A DNA stretch of 63,976 bases, counting the filler, from Vicugna vicugna (taxonomy: Eukaryota), in assembly GCA_013265495.1 (NCBI GenBank). It is 80 parts of 75 records of this genome, joined end to end, with 100 filler letters (N's around TTAATTAATTAA, not from the genome) between each part and the next. Parts side by side here need not be neighbours in the genome. Positions count along the whole stretch, not along the records: positions 35,957 to 36,828 come from PNXW01015618.1; positions 36,929 to 37,355 come from MU060714.1; positions 37,456 to 38,186 come from MU060715.1; positions 38,287 to 38,741 come from PNXW01015630.1; positions 38,842 to 39,995 come from MU060716.1; positions 40,096 to 40,990 come from PNXW01015634.1; positions 41,091 to 42,103 come from MU060717.1; positions 42,204 to 43,361 come from MU060719.1; 72 more parts are not named here. One strand, 5' to 3'. The notes below the pieces were generated by a model, which did no database searches, was not told the origin of the DNA, and saw nothing but the letters and a program-made list of their open reading frames with translations. A program made the position numbers and the translations under genes. Of the stretch, positions 35,957 to 48,527 are shown piece by piece; the stretch's first letter is position 1, and each line of letters opens with the position of its first letter.

Positions 35957-36828
35957 AGATGCACTCGCTTATTCTTGGCTTTAGAGCCCATTCCCCACTA
36001 TGGCTCAGTAGTAGGTCTAGGAAAAAACTTAGGGAAGTCAAGCTGAGTTGTTCTATTAGAACGCAGGCGCTGCTGTCAGTTGGAGGATCTTCCACACACT
36101 CAGGATTCCAGATCCCAGCCTTGTGTGTGGGGGAGTTTTGGATACACAGGCCACACAGATGAATGTGGGCACAGGTGTTCCATATTAGCGTGAAATCCTC
36201 TAAGTACTTCCTCAGTAAATCGGGGGGCACTCGTTGCTACTTGGACTTCAAACCCAACCCCCATTTTCCCCCTCTCTCCAGCCTAGGCATGCCATCTGGT
36301 AAGACAAGCTAAGGGATTCTATTAGAACCCAGGCGCTGCTGTCAGTTGGAGGAGGCTCCCCACACTCAGGATACCTGAACAAGTCTGTGTGTTTGCTGTT
36401 GTTGGAGATACATATTCCATGCAACTTTAAGGGGGCACAAGTGTTCCCAGGGAGGGAATGTACTTTAAACACCTCCACTGCCCATAGAGAGGCACTCGCT
36501 ATTACTTGGCTTTAGAGCCCAAACCCCACCTTCGCTCCCATCCCGTCCTTGGAAAACACTCAGGGAAGATAACCTAAGGGATCCTATTAAATCCCAGATG
36601 CTACTGTCAGTGGGAGGTGCCTCCCCACACTCAGGATACCAGAACAATTCTTCATGTGTGTGCTGGAGGTGGGGAAACAGAGTCCACGCATTTTTCAAGG
36701 AGCACAGGTATTCCCAGGTTGTTGGATTTTGTTATTGAATAATTTCCTCTTCCCATGGAGAAGCACACGCTAATACTTTGATATACAGCCCAACCCCCAA
36801 TTTCCCCCGCACTCCGCCCTTGGCAAGC
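35957..36828 (+). repeat. Satellite D
   Basis: Anchor CAC(T/A)CG at 35962, 36228, 36493 and 36764 (266, 265 and 271 bp apart); adjacent units strongly diverged. Confidence 0.94.
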
Positions 36829-36928
36829 NNNNNNNNNNNNNNNNNNNNNNNNNNNNNNNNNNNNNNNNNNNNTTAATTAATTAANNNNNNNNNNNNNNNN
36901 NNNNNNNNNNNNNNNNNNNNNNNNNNNN

Positions 36929-37355
36929 TAACGGAAAGCCTAAGCTCGTCTCCCCTGAGGGTTTTCCTATATCACTGTGCCAGGGAATGCTAGGGGCGTT
37001 TGCAAGATATCGCAGTGACAGAGGCTGCCTCCCCAAGGTCAGGGAAGTTACTTCTCGGACTTACCCGAGCATGGAACACCTGCGACTGAAGAGAGTTGCG
37101 TGGAGTTGTCTCTCGAGCTCCCCCACGCACTGACAATGGTTCCGGAATCCTGAGCGTGGGGAGGTTCCACCAACGGTCGGCAGCGCGTGGGTTCTAACGG
37201 AAAGCCTAAGCTCGTCTCNNNNNNNNNNNNNNNNNNNNNNNNNNNNNNNNNNNNNNNNNNNNNNNNNNNNNNATGCTCGGGGGCAGGATATCCCAGTGAC
37301 CGTGGCTGCCTCCCAAGTTCAGGGAAGGTATTTCTCGGACTTCCCGGAACAGGGA
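36929..37355 (-). repeat. Satellite A
   Basis: Reverse complement of the A monomer. Confidence 0.94.
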
Positions 37356-38286
37356 NNNNNNNNNNNNNNNNNNNNNNNNNNNNNNNNNNNNNNNNNNNNT
37401 TAATTAATTAANNNNNNNNNNNNNNNNNNNNNNNNNNNNNNNNNNNNNNNNNNNNTGTGGGTCCTTATGTAACTGCGTGGTGTTAATCAGGATCACCCGT
37501 TGTACATTGTGTGACGCTGCTGTCTTGTCTCCTTACTTACTTGTTTCTCTAAGTATTCATGTATTATTCTCCAATGCATGGTACTACGCACCTGAAAATG
37601 CTTTTTTCAGATGAAAAAGAATGTGCATTTAAATTAATAAGTCTGAAAAAGGGGGCAAAGTTGCTATCCTGGTCCCGCTATTCAAAGATAATAATTAACA
37701 CGTTAACATCTATTTTCTGTTCTTTTCGTCAGCGTGTATCACCTCTGTCATAAAAAACCAGCNNNNNNNNNNNNNNNNNNNNNNNNNNNNNNNNNNNNNN
37801 NNNNNNNNNNNNNNNNNNNNNNNNNNNNNNNNNNNNNNNNNNNNNNNNNNNNNNNNNNNNNNNNNNNNNNNNNNNNNNNNNNNNNNNNNNNNNNNNNNNN
37901 NNNNNNNNNNNNNNNNNNNNNNNNNNNNNNNNNNNATTCCAAGTATACTTAACTGAAATACTAAAAAGAGAACTGTGGTGGTATAGGAAGGCCCCTAACT
38001 CCCTTCCCCTTACTTCCTGAGAGTAAAAGCTGTTGAAAATTTGGTATATATATTTCATGACCTTTATGCCTATGACATACATATATACACACGTATGAGA
38101 ATTTCATGTATACTTGTGTGTAGATATGCTTTATTTAAAACTGAGACCATACTATATGTTTTTCTGCTGCTCGCTTTATTCACTCANNNNNNNNNNNNNN
38201 NNNNNNNNNNNNNNNNNNNNNNNNNNNNNNTTAATTAATTAANNNNNNNNNNNNNNNNNNNNNNNNNNNNNNNNNNNNNNNNNNNN

Positions 38287-38741
38287 CTTCAAAAGGACCA
38301 GAACTGCTAAAGAAACAATGAGGAAAAAGAATAAAGTTGGAGGCATAACCCATAACCCTTCCAGATCTCAGATTATATTACAAAAATTCAGCAATCAAAA
38401 CAGCACAATACTGGAAAAGAAACAAACATCTATATCACTGGAACAGAACATAGAAGTAGGAATAAAACATCACACCTATGGTCAACTAAACTATGACAAA
38501 GGAAACAAAAATATACAATGCCTTAAAGACAGTCTCCAGCAAGTGATGTTAGAGAAAGCTACTACATGTAAATCAATGAAATTAGAACACTCCCTCACAC
38601 TGTACAAGAATAAATTCAAAATGTTTTAAATATCTGAATCTAATACATGACACAATAAATCTTCTGGAATCTAACATAGGCTAAACAATACAAAAATTTT
38701 AGCAAAATTTTCTTATGTCACACTCCCAAGCAGAAAACAAT
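38287..38741 (+). mobile_element. L1 ORF2 fragment (post-RT region), frameshifted
   Basis: Translation KKNKVGGIT...HTYGQLNYDKGNKNIQ..KDSL...TCKSMKLEHSLTLY is L1 ORF2p. Confidence 0.92.
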
Positions 38742-38841
38742 NNNNNNNNNNNNNNNNNNNNNNNNNNNNNNNNNNNNNNNNNNNNTTAATTAATTAANNN
38801 NNNNNNNNNNNNNNNNNNNNNNNNNNNNNNNNNNNNNNNNN

Positions 38842-39995
38842 TGTAATTTACATGAATTCCTTCAACATGGAATTCCGGGTTCCGTATATGCTAGATGTAT
38901 GATGGATTCGGCATTCATACGTTTCTGACATGTGAGCATGTGGATTACTGACCTTTAATCCACCAAACAAGGCGTATATGCAGTTAGAAACATTTACTCT
39001 GACTTCATAGATTTTTCTATCACCAGGTTCTAAAATCGGACATTTGGCACCAGAATAAANNNNNNNNNNNNNNNNNNNNNNNNNNNNNNNNNNNNNNNNN
39101 NNNNNNCATGGAATTCCGTACTACGAGCATGTTTCATGCATCACGGATTCCTCAAACATGCACTTCTGAGTTGTGAACATGCACATGACTGATGTTTCCC
39201 AAACCAAACAAGTTACCTACACACTCTGAATTATTAACTTTGACTTCGTAGCTTCTTACTTTTACCAGTTTTAAGAATCACACTGAGATCCCAGAAAAAC
39301 ACTCTTGGAGCAAATTCTACCCTAGAGATCTGTAATTTGAATAGATTCCATCTACATGATATTCCGTGTTCCGTACATGCTACGTANNNNNNNNNNNNNN
39401 NNNNNNNNNNNNNNNNNNNNNNNNNNNNNNNNNNNNNNNNNNNNNNNNNNNNNNNNNNNNNNNNNNNNNNNNNNNNNNNNNNNNNNNNNNNNNNNNNNNN
39501 NNNNNNNNNNNNNNNNNNNNNNNNNNNNNNNNNNNNNNNNNNNNNNNNNNNNNNNNNNNNNNNNNNNNNNNNNNNNNNNNNNNNNNNNNNNNNNNNNNNN
39601 NNNNNNNNNNNNNNNNNNNNNNNNNNNNNNNNNNNNNNNNNNNNNNNNNNNNNNNNNNNNNNNNNNNNNNNNNNNNNNNNNNNNNNNNNNNNNNNNNNNN
39701 NNNNNNNNNNNNNNNNNNNNNNNNNNNNNNNNNNNNNNNNNNNNNNNNNNNNNNNNNNNNNNNNNNNNNNNNNNNNNNNNNNNNNNNNNNNNNNNNNNNN
39801 NNNNNNNNNNNNNNNNNNNNNNNNNNNNNNNNNNNNNNNNNNNNNNNNNNNNNNNNNNNNNNNNNNNNNNNNNNNNNNNNNNNNNNNNNNNNNNNNNNNN
39901 NNNNNNNNNNNNNNNNNNNNNNNNNNNNNNNNNNTGACTGATATTTCAATCACCAAACAAGTTACCCATGCACTATGAAATATTTATTTTGACTT
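38842..39995 (-). repeat. Satellite C
   Basis: Subunits in canonical order. Confidence 0.93.
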
Positions 39996-42203
39996 NNNNN
40001 NNNNNNNNNNNNNNNNNNNNNNNNNNNNNNNNNNNNNNNTTAATTAATTAANNNNNNNNNNNNNNNNNNNNNNNNNNNNNNNNNNNNNNNNNNNNTACTA
40101 ATGTGGCTCCAACCTCTCTCCCCTAGACTCACAGAAGTGCGCGTGTTATGAATACATGAATGACGTGGTGGGTCTCAAAGGGACAGACACCTGCTTTCAC
40201 CCGTTCCGACCCTTCTGTCTGTAGAATATCAGAAGTAAAACCAGAAGTATCTTTCCTGACGATCACTTTCTAATGACACCTTTCACTGCCTACTGTGTCA
40301 GTTCTAGTAAAACCCAATTTCTTCCAAAGCCCTCCACCCCGGACACTCTCCAGTGTCCTCCCCAGCAGGGGCACCCTCCACGCTGGACCACACAGGGCAT
40401 TCTCCCCGGGTCTCCACACCAAAAGCCTCCAGGCCTCTGCCCGGGCTGCACCTGTGACCTGAGCCACATTCTTGACTCATTCTCCTGGCTGACACTTACT
40501 CTGTCCTCACAACTGAATGTAGGGCCCATTTCTTCCAGGAAGTCCTCTCTGATAATATCCTTTAGGTCTTGCTGGGCTCCATCTATAGCAGCAGTACATG
40601 GTGACCAACAGGGTGTTTGCACGCTTCTTTGAGACCATGAAATCTTGGGGGCCACGTGGGAAGGAGTGAGAGATTACAAGAGGGGTGGGGGAAGCAAAAA
40701 GCAAAAATCACAGCCCAAGTCCCAAATTCAAGGATACTTTCTCAGAAAAAAGTATAATCTATTTCACACTTGTGCAATTTGGCTACTATTTTTGTGGCTT
40801 GTGGACAGCAAGAGTTTGGTGTTCTGAGAAAGCCCAGATTACATGCAAAGAAATGTATATACTCATATCCAAAGGAAACTAGAGCTGCTCAACAACAGTT
40901 TGCAATTAGAATTGAAAGGATCTTTGATAAAGGCAATCTCTCTCTCACTCTTCTTTGTTTTCTGGCATCATATAATTTTAGAAGTATTTGNNNNNNNNNN
41001 NNNNNNNNNNNNNNNNNNNNNNNNNNNNNNNNNNTTAATTAATTAANNNNNNNNNNNNNNNNNNNNNNNNNNNNNNNNNNNNNNNNNNNNGCTTTTCATT
41101 CTGATTTCAAACCCACGGCCCCCTGGATCACTAAGTCCAGATGCATGATATCTCTTATTCAGCCCCACACGTTCTCCATTGGCAAAATGCCCAATTGGTC
41201 CCTGGTCCTGCAGATGCACTGTGTGTGGCCATGGTAAATATCGGTAATCTTAAATGCACGGCCAGTGTGTTTGCTTAATCATTGTTATCAAGTTCGGTTT
41301 GCTCTCTTGTTTCGACCCACCACATCCCACAACACACTCCAGATCCCTGAGACTCAGCGTGTGCCATCATCCTTAGCCCTATCCCTCACTGACCGTTGCC
41401 TCTGCTACCTCAAATTTGGCAGCTCGGATCTTGGTCTCAGAATCAACTGTGGGGCTATTTTGCGCTGGATTCTTTGAGTTCTGTCAGCCAAGCATCTANN
41501 NNNNNNNNNNNNNNNNNNNNNNNNNNNNNNNNNNNNNNNNNNNNNNNNNNNNNNNNNNNNNNNNNNNNNNNNNNNNNNNNNGTCCAAGGTAAACAGAGTT
41601 TCACCCTTGTTGCTCCATCACCAGGGGTCAGACCCTGCACTGGTTTCCATTCCCTGCTTTGCCTTCTCCTGCTTCCAGGTGTCCTGAGGCCTCATCCTGT
41701 CTTTGGAAGTATCAGGCCTCTCTTCGGCAAGTGTCCTGTGCCAAGGGCTGGGTGAGTAGATGTTAACATTGCTCTGTACATGGGAGCGAGTGAGTGCAGG
41801 TTGCACTTCTTCTCTGCCAACTGGTCATCGATGAATCAACACTATCCTGATACATTTCACAGAAATATGATTTTTGTTTAGCTCTTTGTTTCTATACAGC
41901 CTTGGTGGGAGGGATTGTCCGAAAACACCTGTTTTGACATTGGGTTGATATCTCATTTGCAGTCTTTAAGAAGTTTAACAGAATTCATTTACATCTTTTG
42001 GGACTTATACGAAAATATAGTTATTTTTTGAAACACACTATATCGACCTAGAAGCCAAACTTGTCAATTTTCTTAACATTTTGTCAACTCTACGGAAAAC
42101 CTANNNNNNNNNNNNNNNNNNNNNNNNNNNNNNNNNNNNNNNNNNNNTTAATTAATTAANNNNNNNNNNNNNNNNNNNNNNNNNNNNNNNNNNNNNNNNN
42201 NNN

Positions 42204-43361
42204 ATGGCATTCCGGGTTCCGTACATGCTACATGCATGACGGATTCAGAAATCACACATTTCTGACTTGTGAGCATGTTTTTTACTGACCTTGCATATAC
42301 CAAAAAATGCGTATACAGACTTAGAATTATTTACTCTTACTTCATAGATTTTTCCTATCACCAGGTTCTAAAATCGGACATCTGGCACCAGAAAACACTC
42401 TTTGGGCGAATTCTCACAAATACACATGTAATTTACATTGTTTACATAACCATGNNNNNNNNNNNNNNNNNNNNNNNNNNNNNNNNNNNNNNNNNNNNNN
42501 NNNNNNNNNNNNNNNNNNNNNNNNNNNNNNNNNNNNNNNNNNNNNNNNNNNNNNNNNNNNNNNNNNNNNNNNNNNNNNNNNNNNNNNNNNNNNNNNNNTG
42601 ACTTTGAATTCCTATCACCAGTTTCAAGAATCACACTTTGATCCCACAAAAACCCTCTTGGATCGAATACTTCCCTAGAGATATGTAATTTGAATAGATC
42701 CTATCTACATGATATTCCATGTTCCGTACATGCCACATACATGATGGATTCGACAAATATACATTCCTGAGTTGAGGTCATCTGGATTACTAATCTTTCC
42801 TCCTCTATAAAAGTAATATTTTCATCTAGACACGTGTACACATTTTCACAAGCTTTCCCTAACACCAGGTTCGNNNNNNNNNNNNNNNNNNNNNNNNNNN
42901 NNNNNNNNNNNNNNNNNNNNNNNNNNNNNNNNNNNNNNNNNNNNNNNNNNNNNNNNNNNNNNNNNNNNNNNNNNNNNNNNNNNNNNNNNNNNNNNNNNNN
43001 NNNNNNNNNNNNNNNNNNNNNNNNNNNNNNNNNNNNNNNNNNNNNNNNNNNNNNNNNNNNNNNNNNNNNNNNNNNNNNNNNNNNNNNNNNNNNNNNNNNN
43101 NNNNNNNNNNNNNNNNNNNNNNNNNNNNNNNNNNNNNNNNNNNNNNNNNNNNNNNNNNNNNNNNNNNNNNNNNNNNNNNNNNNNNNNNNNNNNNNNNNNN
43201 NNNNNNNNNNNNNNNNNNNNNNNNNNNNNNNNNNNNNNNNNNNATCATGCAGCATTCCTCAAACTTGAATTTCTGAGTTGTGAACATGCGCATTACTGTT
43301 GTTTCAAACACCAAAAAAGTTACCTATGAACTATGAAATATTTATTTTGACTTCGTAGCTT
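42204..43361 (-). repeat. Satellite C
   Basis: Subunits in canonical order across gaps. Confidence 0.93.
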
Positions 43362-43529
43362 NNNNNNNNNNNNNNNNNNNNNNNNNNNNNNNNNNNNNNN
43401 NNNNNTTAATTAATTAANNNNNNNNNNNNNNNNNNNNNNNNNNNNNNNNNNNNNNNNNNNNGTTCTGTTCCTGGAGCATCAGCTGTATCTGTGTTTAAAA
43501 ACGCAATACTAGCACAGTTTCCATGGAAG

Positions 43530-43635
43530 AGGTGTTGCCGGACTTGGCAAGTAAAAACATAGGACCCCCAGTTAATTTGAATTTCCGCTAAACAATAAAT
43601 AATTTTTGAGTATAAGTGTGTCCCGTGCAGTATTT
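43530..43635 (+). mobile_element. MER53-like non-autonomous DNA transposon, left half
   Basis: GTTGCCGGACTTGGCAAGTAAAAACATAGGACCCCCAGTTAATTTGAATTTC...AGTATAAGTGTGTCCC matches the MER53 consensus as I recall it. Confidence 0.75.
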
Positions 43636-43666
43636 TTTGCGATTATGTTTTAGTATAAGTATGTTC

Positions 43667-44215
43667 TTTCGTGTGGCTGAATGGTACTTTCTTTATCCAC
43701 GTATTCACTGATGGGCATTCGGGTTGTTTTCACATCTTGGTTATTGTGAATAATGCTGCAGTAAATGTGGGAGTGCAGGTGTCTCTGCAAGATCCTGTTT
43801 TTGTTTCCCTTGGGTATATATGAAGAAGTGGGGTTGCAGGATTATATGGTAGTTCTATTTTTATTTTCCTGAAGAATCTCTGTACTGTTTTCCATAGTGG
43901 CTGCATCAATTTACATTCCTACCAACAGTGCACCAGGGTACCCTTTTCTCCACGTTCTTGCAAACACTTGTTATCTCTTGTCTTTTTTAAAACGATTTAT
44001 TTCATTTTCCCTCCTTGATGGAGGCACTGTGGATTGAACCCAGGACCTCGTGCATGCCAAGCACTCGCTCTACCACTGAGCTACACCCCCCACCCCTCTC
44101 CCTTGTCTTTTTGATGATAGCCATTCCAACAGTCATATCTCATTGTGGTTTTGATTTGCATGTCCCCATTGATCAGTGATGCCAGGCACCTTTTCATATA
44201 CCTGTTGGTCATGTG
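43667..44215 (-). mobile_element. L1 ORF2 3' region, interrupted by a SINE
   Basis: TTGTGAATAATGCTGCAGTAAATGTGGGAGTGCAG...AATTTACATTCCTACCAACAGTG; resumes at 44102 (TTTTGATGATAGCCATTC). Confidence 0.9.
43988..44101 (-). mobile_element. tRNA-derived camelid SINE (Vic-1-like)
   Basis: Minus strand has GTAGCTCAGTGGTAGAG (A box) ... GCATGCACGAGGTCCTGGGTTCAATCC (B box) and an A-rich tail; 11-bp TSD CTTGTCTTTTT at 43977-43987 and 44102-44112. Confidence 0.88.
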
Positions 44216-44224
44216 ACCTTAAGC

Positions 44225-44300
44225 AGCTGGCACCATTTCTGGTACATAGCAGTCACTCAATAAATGTTTACCAAAGAATGAATAAAAAATGAGTGAGTAT
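44225..44300 (+). mobile_element. L2 3' end
   Basis: CTGGTACATAGCAGTCACTCAATAAATGTTT...GAATGAATAAA. Confidence 0.7.
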
Positions 44301-44437
44301 TCAGATCTGCTTCTCAGGACTTTCCCTGGGGTGGGGTNNNNNNNNNNNNNNNNNNNNNNNNNNNNNNNNNNNNNNNNNNNNTTAATTAATTAANNNNNNN
44401 NNNNNNNNNNNNNNNNNNNNNNNNNNNNNNNNNNNNN

Positions 44438-45135
44438 GCCCACACACAGGATAGCAGAAAACTTCTTCATGTGTGTTCTGGTTGTGGGGATTCAGAGTCC
44501 ACGCTTGTTTCAAGGAGCACAGGTATTCCCATGTTGTGGGATTTTGGTTAATAACCTCAAATCCCATGGAGAAGCACTCGCTAATACTTGGATTTAGAGC
44601 CCAACCCATTCTTTCTCCAGCACTCCGTATCAGGCAACCAATCAGGATAGACAAGTTAAGCGATTTTATAAGAACCAAGGCCCTGCTCTCAGTTGGAGGA
44701 GGCTGCCCACTTTCAGGATAACTCTGCAAGTGTTCGTGTGTGTGCTGGAGGTGTGGAAACAGACTCCACGGAACTTTATGGGGGCACGGTTGTTCCCAGG
44801 TTNNNNNNNNNNNNNNNNNNNNNNNNNNNNNNAGGTCATCGCAAATACTTGGTTTTGGAGCCGAAAACACACTTTCCCCCGCACTCCCGTCTAGGCTTTC
44901 CATCAGGGAAGACAAGCAAAGGGATTCAATTAGAACCCAGGCGCTGCTGTCAGTTGGAGGAACTTCCCTGCACTCAGAATTCCAGAACACATTCTTAGGT
45001 GTGGGAGAGATGTGCAGCCCCACTGCACCCAGATGAATGGAGGAAAAGGTTTTCCGTTTAGGGAGAATTCCTCTAAGTAATTCCTCTGTCGATCAGGGGG
45101 CACTCACTGCTACTTGGCCTCCAAGCACAACCCCC
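44438..45135 (+). repeat. Satellite D
   Basis: AGAACC(A/C)AGG...CAGTTGGAGGA recurs. Confidence 0.92.
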
Positions 45136-45944
45136 NNNNNNNNNNNNNNNNNNNNNNNNNNNNNNNNNNNNNNNNNNNNTTAATTAATTAANNNNNNNNN
45201 NNNNNNNNNNNNNNNNNNNNNNNNNNNNNNNNNNNAGAAATAGATGCCACTCTGTATGGTTTACACGGTCCACAGGATGTGGAACAACCACTATGTGGAC
45301 AGGTGCCATGCCCACCCACCCCCGTGGGCCTCTCCCTCGAGTTCAGCAGCACAGGCAGGCCCTGTCTATATGCTCCTGGTGGAGGCTCTTATAAGTTATC
45401 ACAAGGTTTTCCAACCCTTGATCCTTCTACCCTTGATTGCTGTCTGTGTCTCCCCAAATTCAGCTGAATTATCCTCATGGAAAAGGACCAAGTCACCTTA
45501 GCCAACAGGGACAGGGGTTGAGCACGTATGCCTCCCTTCCCTTCCCTTTCCCTGGCTTCATTCTGCAGATTTCTGAAAAACAGCACTTCCATTCAGTGAC
45601 TGCCAGGCTGAGGGATACCCAGGGCAGGGCTTGNNNNNNNNNNNNNNNNNNNNNNNNNNNNNNNNNNNNNNNNNNNNTTAATTAATTAANNNNNNNNNNN
45701 NNNNNNNNNNNNNNNNNNNNNNNNNNNNNNNNNATAATTACTTGAGAAGAATCTATAGTAAGTGTTGGATTCAGGAATGTCTATTACATTAAGCTTGTAA
45801 ATTTTGTTATTCACATATTCTTTATCCGTTACAGTTTACTTGTAGAAGAGCTTGACAATTAAGCTCATTCAATGACTACATTAATAGTATATATTTAAAG
45901 CATGACAAAAATATTTCTTCTCCCAAAGTAGCACTAATTTAATT

Positions 45945-46268
45945 TGTTACAGAAACCTGAATCCCATCAACAGACCAAGTGACACTCAGAGGGTTGGAGA
46001 ACTCAGGTTTATTAACACTCCAAGCTCTGGACCCCGACTGCAGGTTTGCACAGGCTTTTATAGGGTTTTAGGTTTCAATTAAGTTTGTGCCATATGCAAA
46101 TGAGGTGTTAGACATGGGCCAATCAGGAGTGAGCTTTTGGGAACCAATGGAATTAGGGATAAGTTTCATTTTCCTAGAAGCAAGCCGTTTTACAGAAGCA
46201 CAAAAGCAAGAAGGCAGTGGCCCTGCCTGGGATGTCTTGCTGGTCCCTTTGTGGGTTTTGCCCCTTCA
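45945..46268 (-). mobile_element. Probable solo ERV LTR (~324 bp)
   Basis: TG...CA termini; the minus strand shows TATAAAA (about 46056-46062) then AATAAA (about 46008-46013); no clear TSD. Confidence 0.65.
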
Positions 46269-46443
46269 ACTGAGATATAACATTAAATTCCCCATCACAT
46301 GAGATAGAAAGATGTTATCAAGAGAAGACACTGGTTGAAAAAANNNNNNNNNNNNNNNNNNNNNNNNNNNNNNNNNNNNNNNNNNNNTTAATTAATTAAN
46401 NNNNNNNNNNNNNNNNNNNNNNNNNNNNNNNNNNNNNNNNNNN

Positions 46444-46956
46444 GTACATGCTACATGTATGACGGAATTGGCAAACATGCGTTTCTGAATTGTGAGCATG
46501 TGGATTACAGAACTTTCACACTCTTAACAAGGCGTATATAGACTTAGAAATATTTCCTCTGACTTCATAGGTTTTTCCTATCACCAGGTTCTAAAATCGG
46601 ACATTTGGCACCAGAAAACACTCTTTGAGCGAATTCTCACCAATACACATGTAATTTAACCAATACACATGTAATTTACATTGTTTACATAACCATGGAA
46701 TTCCGTATTTCGAGCATGTTTCATGCATCAAGGATTCCTCAAACATGCATTTCTGAGTTGTGAACATGCGCATGACTGATATTTCAAACACCAAATAAGT
46801 TACCTATGCACTCTGAAATATTTACTTTGACTTTGTAGCTTCTTCCTATCACCAGTTTCAAGAATCACCCTTTGAACTCACAAAAACCCTCTTGGAGCGA
46901 ATTCTTCCCTTGACATATGGAATTTGAATAGATTCCATCTACATGTTATTCCGTGT
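46444..46956 (-). repeat. Satellite C
   Basis: Two subunits, ungapped. Confidence 0.94.
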
Positions 46957-47056
46957 NNNNNNNNNNNNNNNNNNNNNNNNNNNNNNNNNNNNNNNNNNNN
47001 TTAATTAATTAANNNNNNNNNNNNNNNNNNNNNNNNNNNNNNNNNNNNNNNNNNNN

Positions 47057-47310
47057 CATGTATCTAATAAGAGAGTACTACCCAGGTTATATAACAAATG
47101 CATAGAACTGAACAAAACAAAAAAATAGACCCAACTTTTAAATTTACCACGAATTTAAGTAGATATACAAATGGCCAATAAGCATTTGAAAAGATGCTCA
47201 GCATCACTAGCCAAATCAAAATCAAAATAAGACCTCATTTTACACCCACTAGGATGGTTATAATCAAAACATGGACAATAACAAGTGTCAGTCAGGAGGC
47301 AGAGAAACCT
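47057..47310 (+). mobile_element. L1 ORF2 fragment
   Basis: AGATATACAAATGGCCAATAAGCATTTGAAAAGATGCTCAGCATCACTAG...CACCCACTAGGATGG. Confidence 0.88.
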
Positions 47311-47428
47311 CATTTGCGGCCAGAGGTANNNNNNNNNNNNNNNNNNNNNNNNNNNNNNNNNNNNNNNNNNNNTTAATTAATTAANNNNNNNNNNNNNNNN
47401 NNNNNNNNNNNNNNNNNNNNNNNNNNNN

Positions 47429-47935
47429 CTGAAGACAGCTGCGTGGAGTTGTCTCTCGAGCTCCCCCACGCTTTGACAACGGTTCCCAAATCCTGAGCGT
47501 GCGGAGGTTCCACCAACGGTCGGCAGCGTGTGGTTTCTAACGGAATGCCTAAGCTCGTCTCCCCTGAGGGTTTTCCTAATGTCTCTGTGCCAGGGAATGC
47601 TAGGGGTGATTGCAGGATATCCCAGTGACCGAGGCTGCCTTCCCAAGTTCNNNNNNNNNNNNNNNNNNNNNNNNNNNNNNNNNNNNNNNNNNNNNNNNNN
47701 NNNNNNNNNNNNNNNNNNNNNNNNNNNNNNNNNNNNNNNNNNNNNNNNNNNNNNNNNNNNNNNNNNNNNNNNNNNNNNNNNNNNNNNNNNNNNNNNNNNN
47801 NNNNNNNNNNNNNNNNNNNNNNNNNNNNNNNNNNNNNNNNNNNNNNNNNNNNNNNNNNNNNNNNNNNNNNNNNNNNNNNNGCCAGTGACCTAGGCTGCCT
47901 CCCCAAGGTCAGGGAAGGTATTTATCGGACTTCCC
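47429..47935 (-). repeat. Satellite A
   Basis: Reverse complement of the A monomer. Confidence 0.94.
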
Positions 47936-48035
47936 NNNNNNNNNNNNNNNNNNNNNNNNNNNNNNNNNNNNNNNNNNNNTTAATTAATTAANNNNNNNNN
48001 NNNNNNNNNNNNNNNNNNNNNNNNNNNNNNNNNNN

Positions 48036-48527
48036 TACACATTTTCACAAGCTTTCCGTAGCACCAGTTTGGAATTCGTGCCTTTTTCATAGAAAAATTC
48101 TTCTGGAGTGATTTCCACCTAACAGATATGTAATTTACATGAATTCCATCAACATGGCATTCCAGGTTCCGTACATGCTACACGCATGACAGATACGAAA
48201 ACATGAGTCTCTGTGTTGTGAGCATGTGGATTATTGAACTTTCATCCACCATATAGGCATATATACACTTAGAAAAATTTACTATGACTTCATAGGTTTT
48301 TTCTATCACCAGGTTCTAAAATCGGACATTTGACACCAGAAAACACTCTTTGTGCGATTTCTCACCAATAACACCAATACACATGTAATTTACATTGTTT
48401 ACATAACCATGGAATTCCGTATAACAAACATGTTTCATGCATCATGAATTCCTCATACATGCATTTCTGTTTTGTGAACATCCGCATGACTGATATTTCA
48501 ACCACCAAAAAAGTTACCTATGCACTC
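48036..48527 (-). repeat. Satellite C
   Basis: Subunits in canonical order. Confidence 0.93.

Noticed and set aside
44020..44090. tRNA gene
   Set aside because: The A and B boxes belong to a SINE with an A-rich tail and TSD inserted in an L1.
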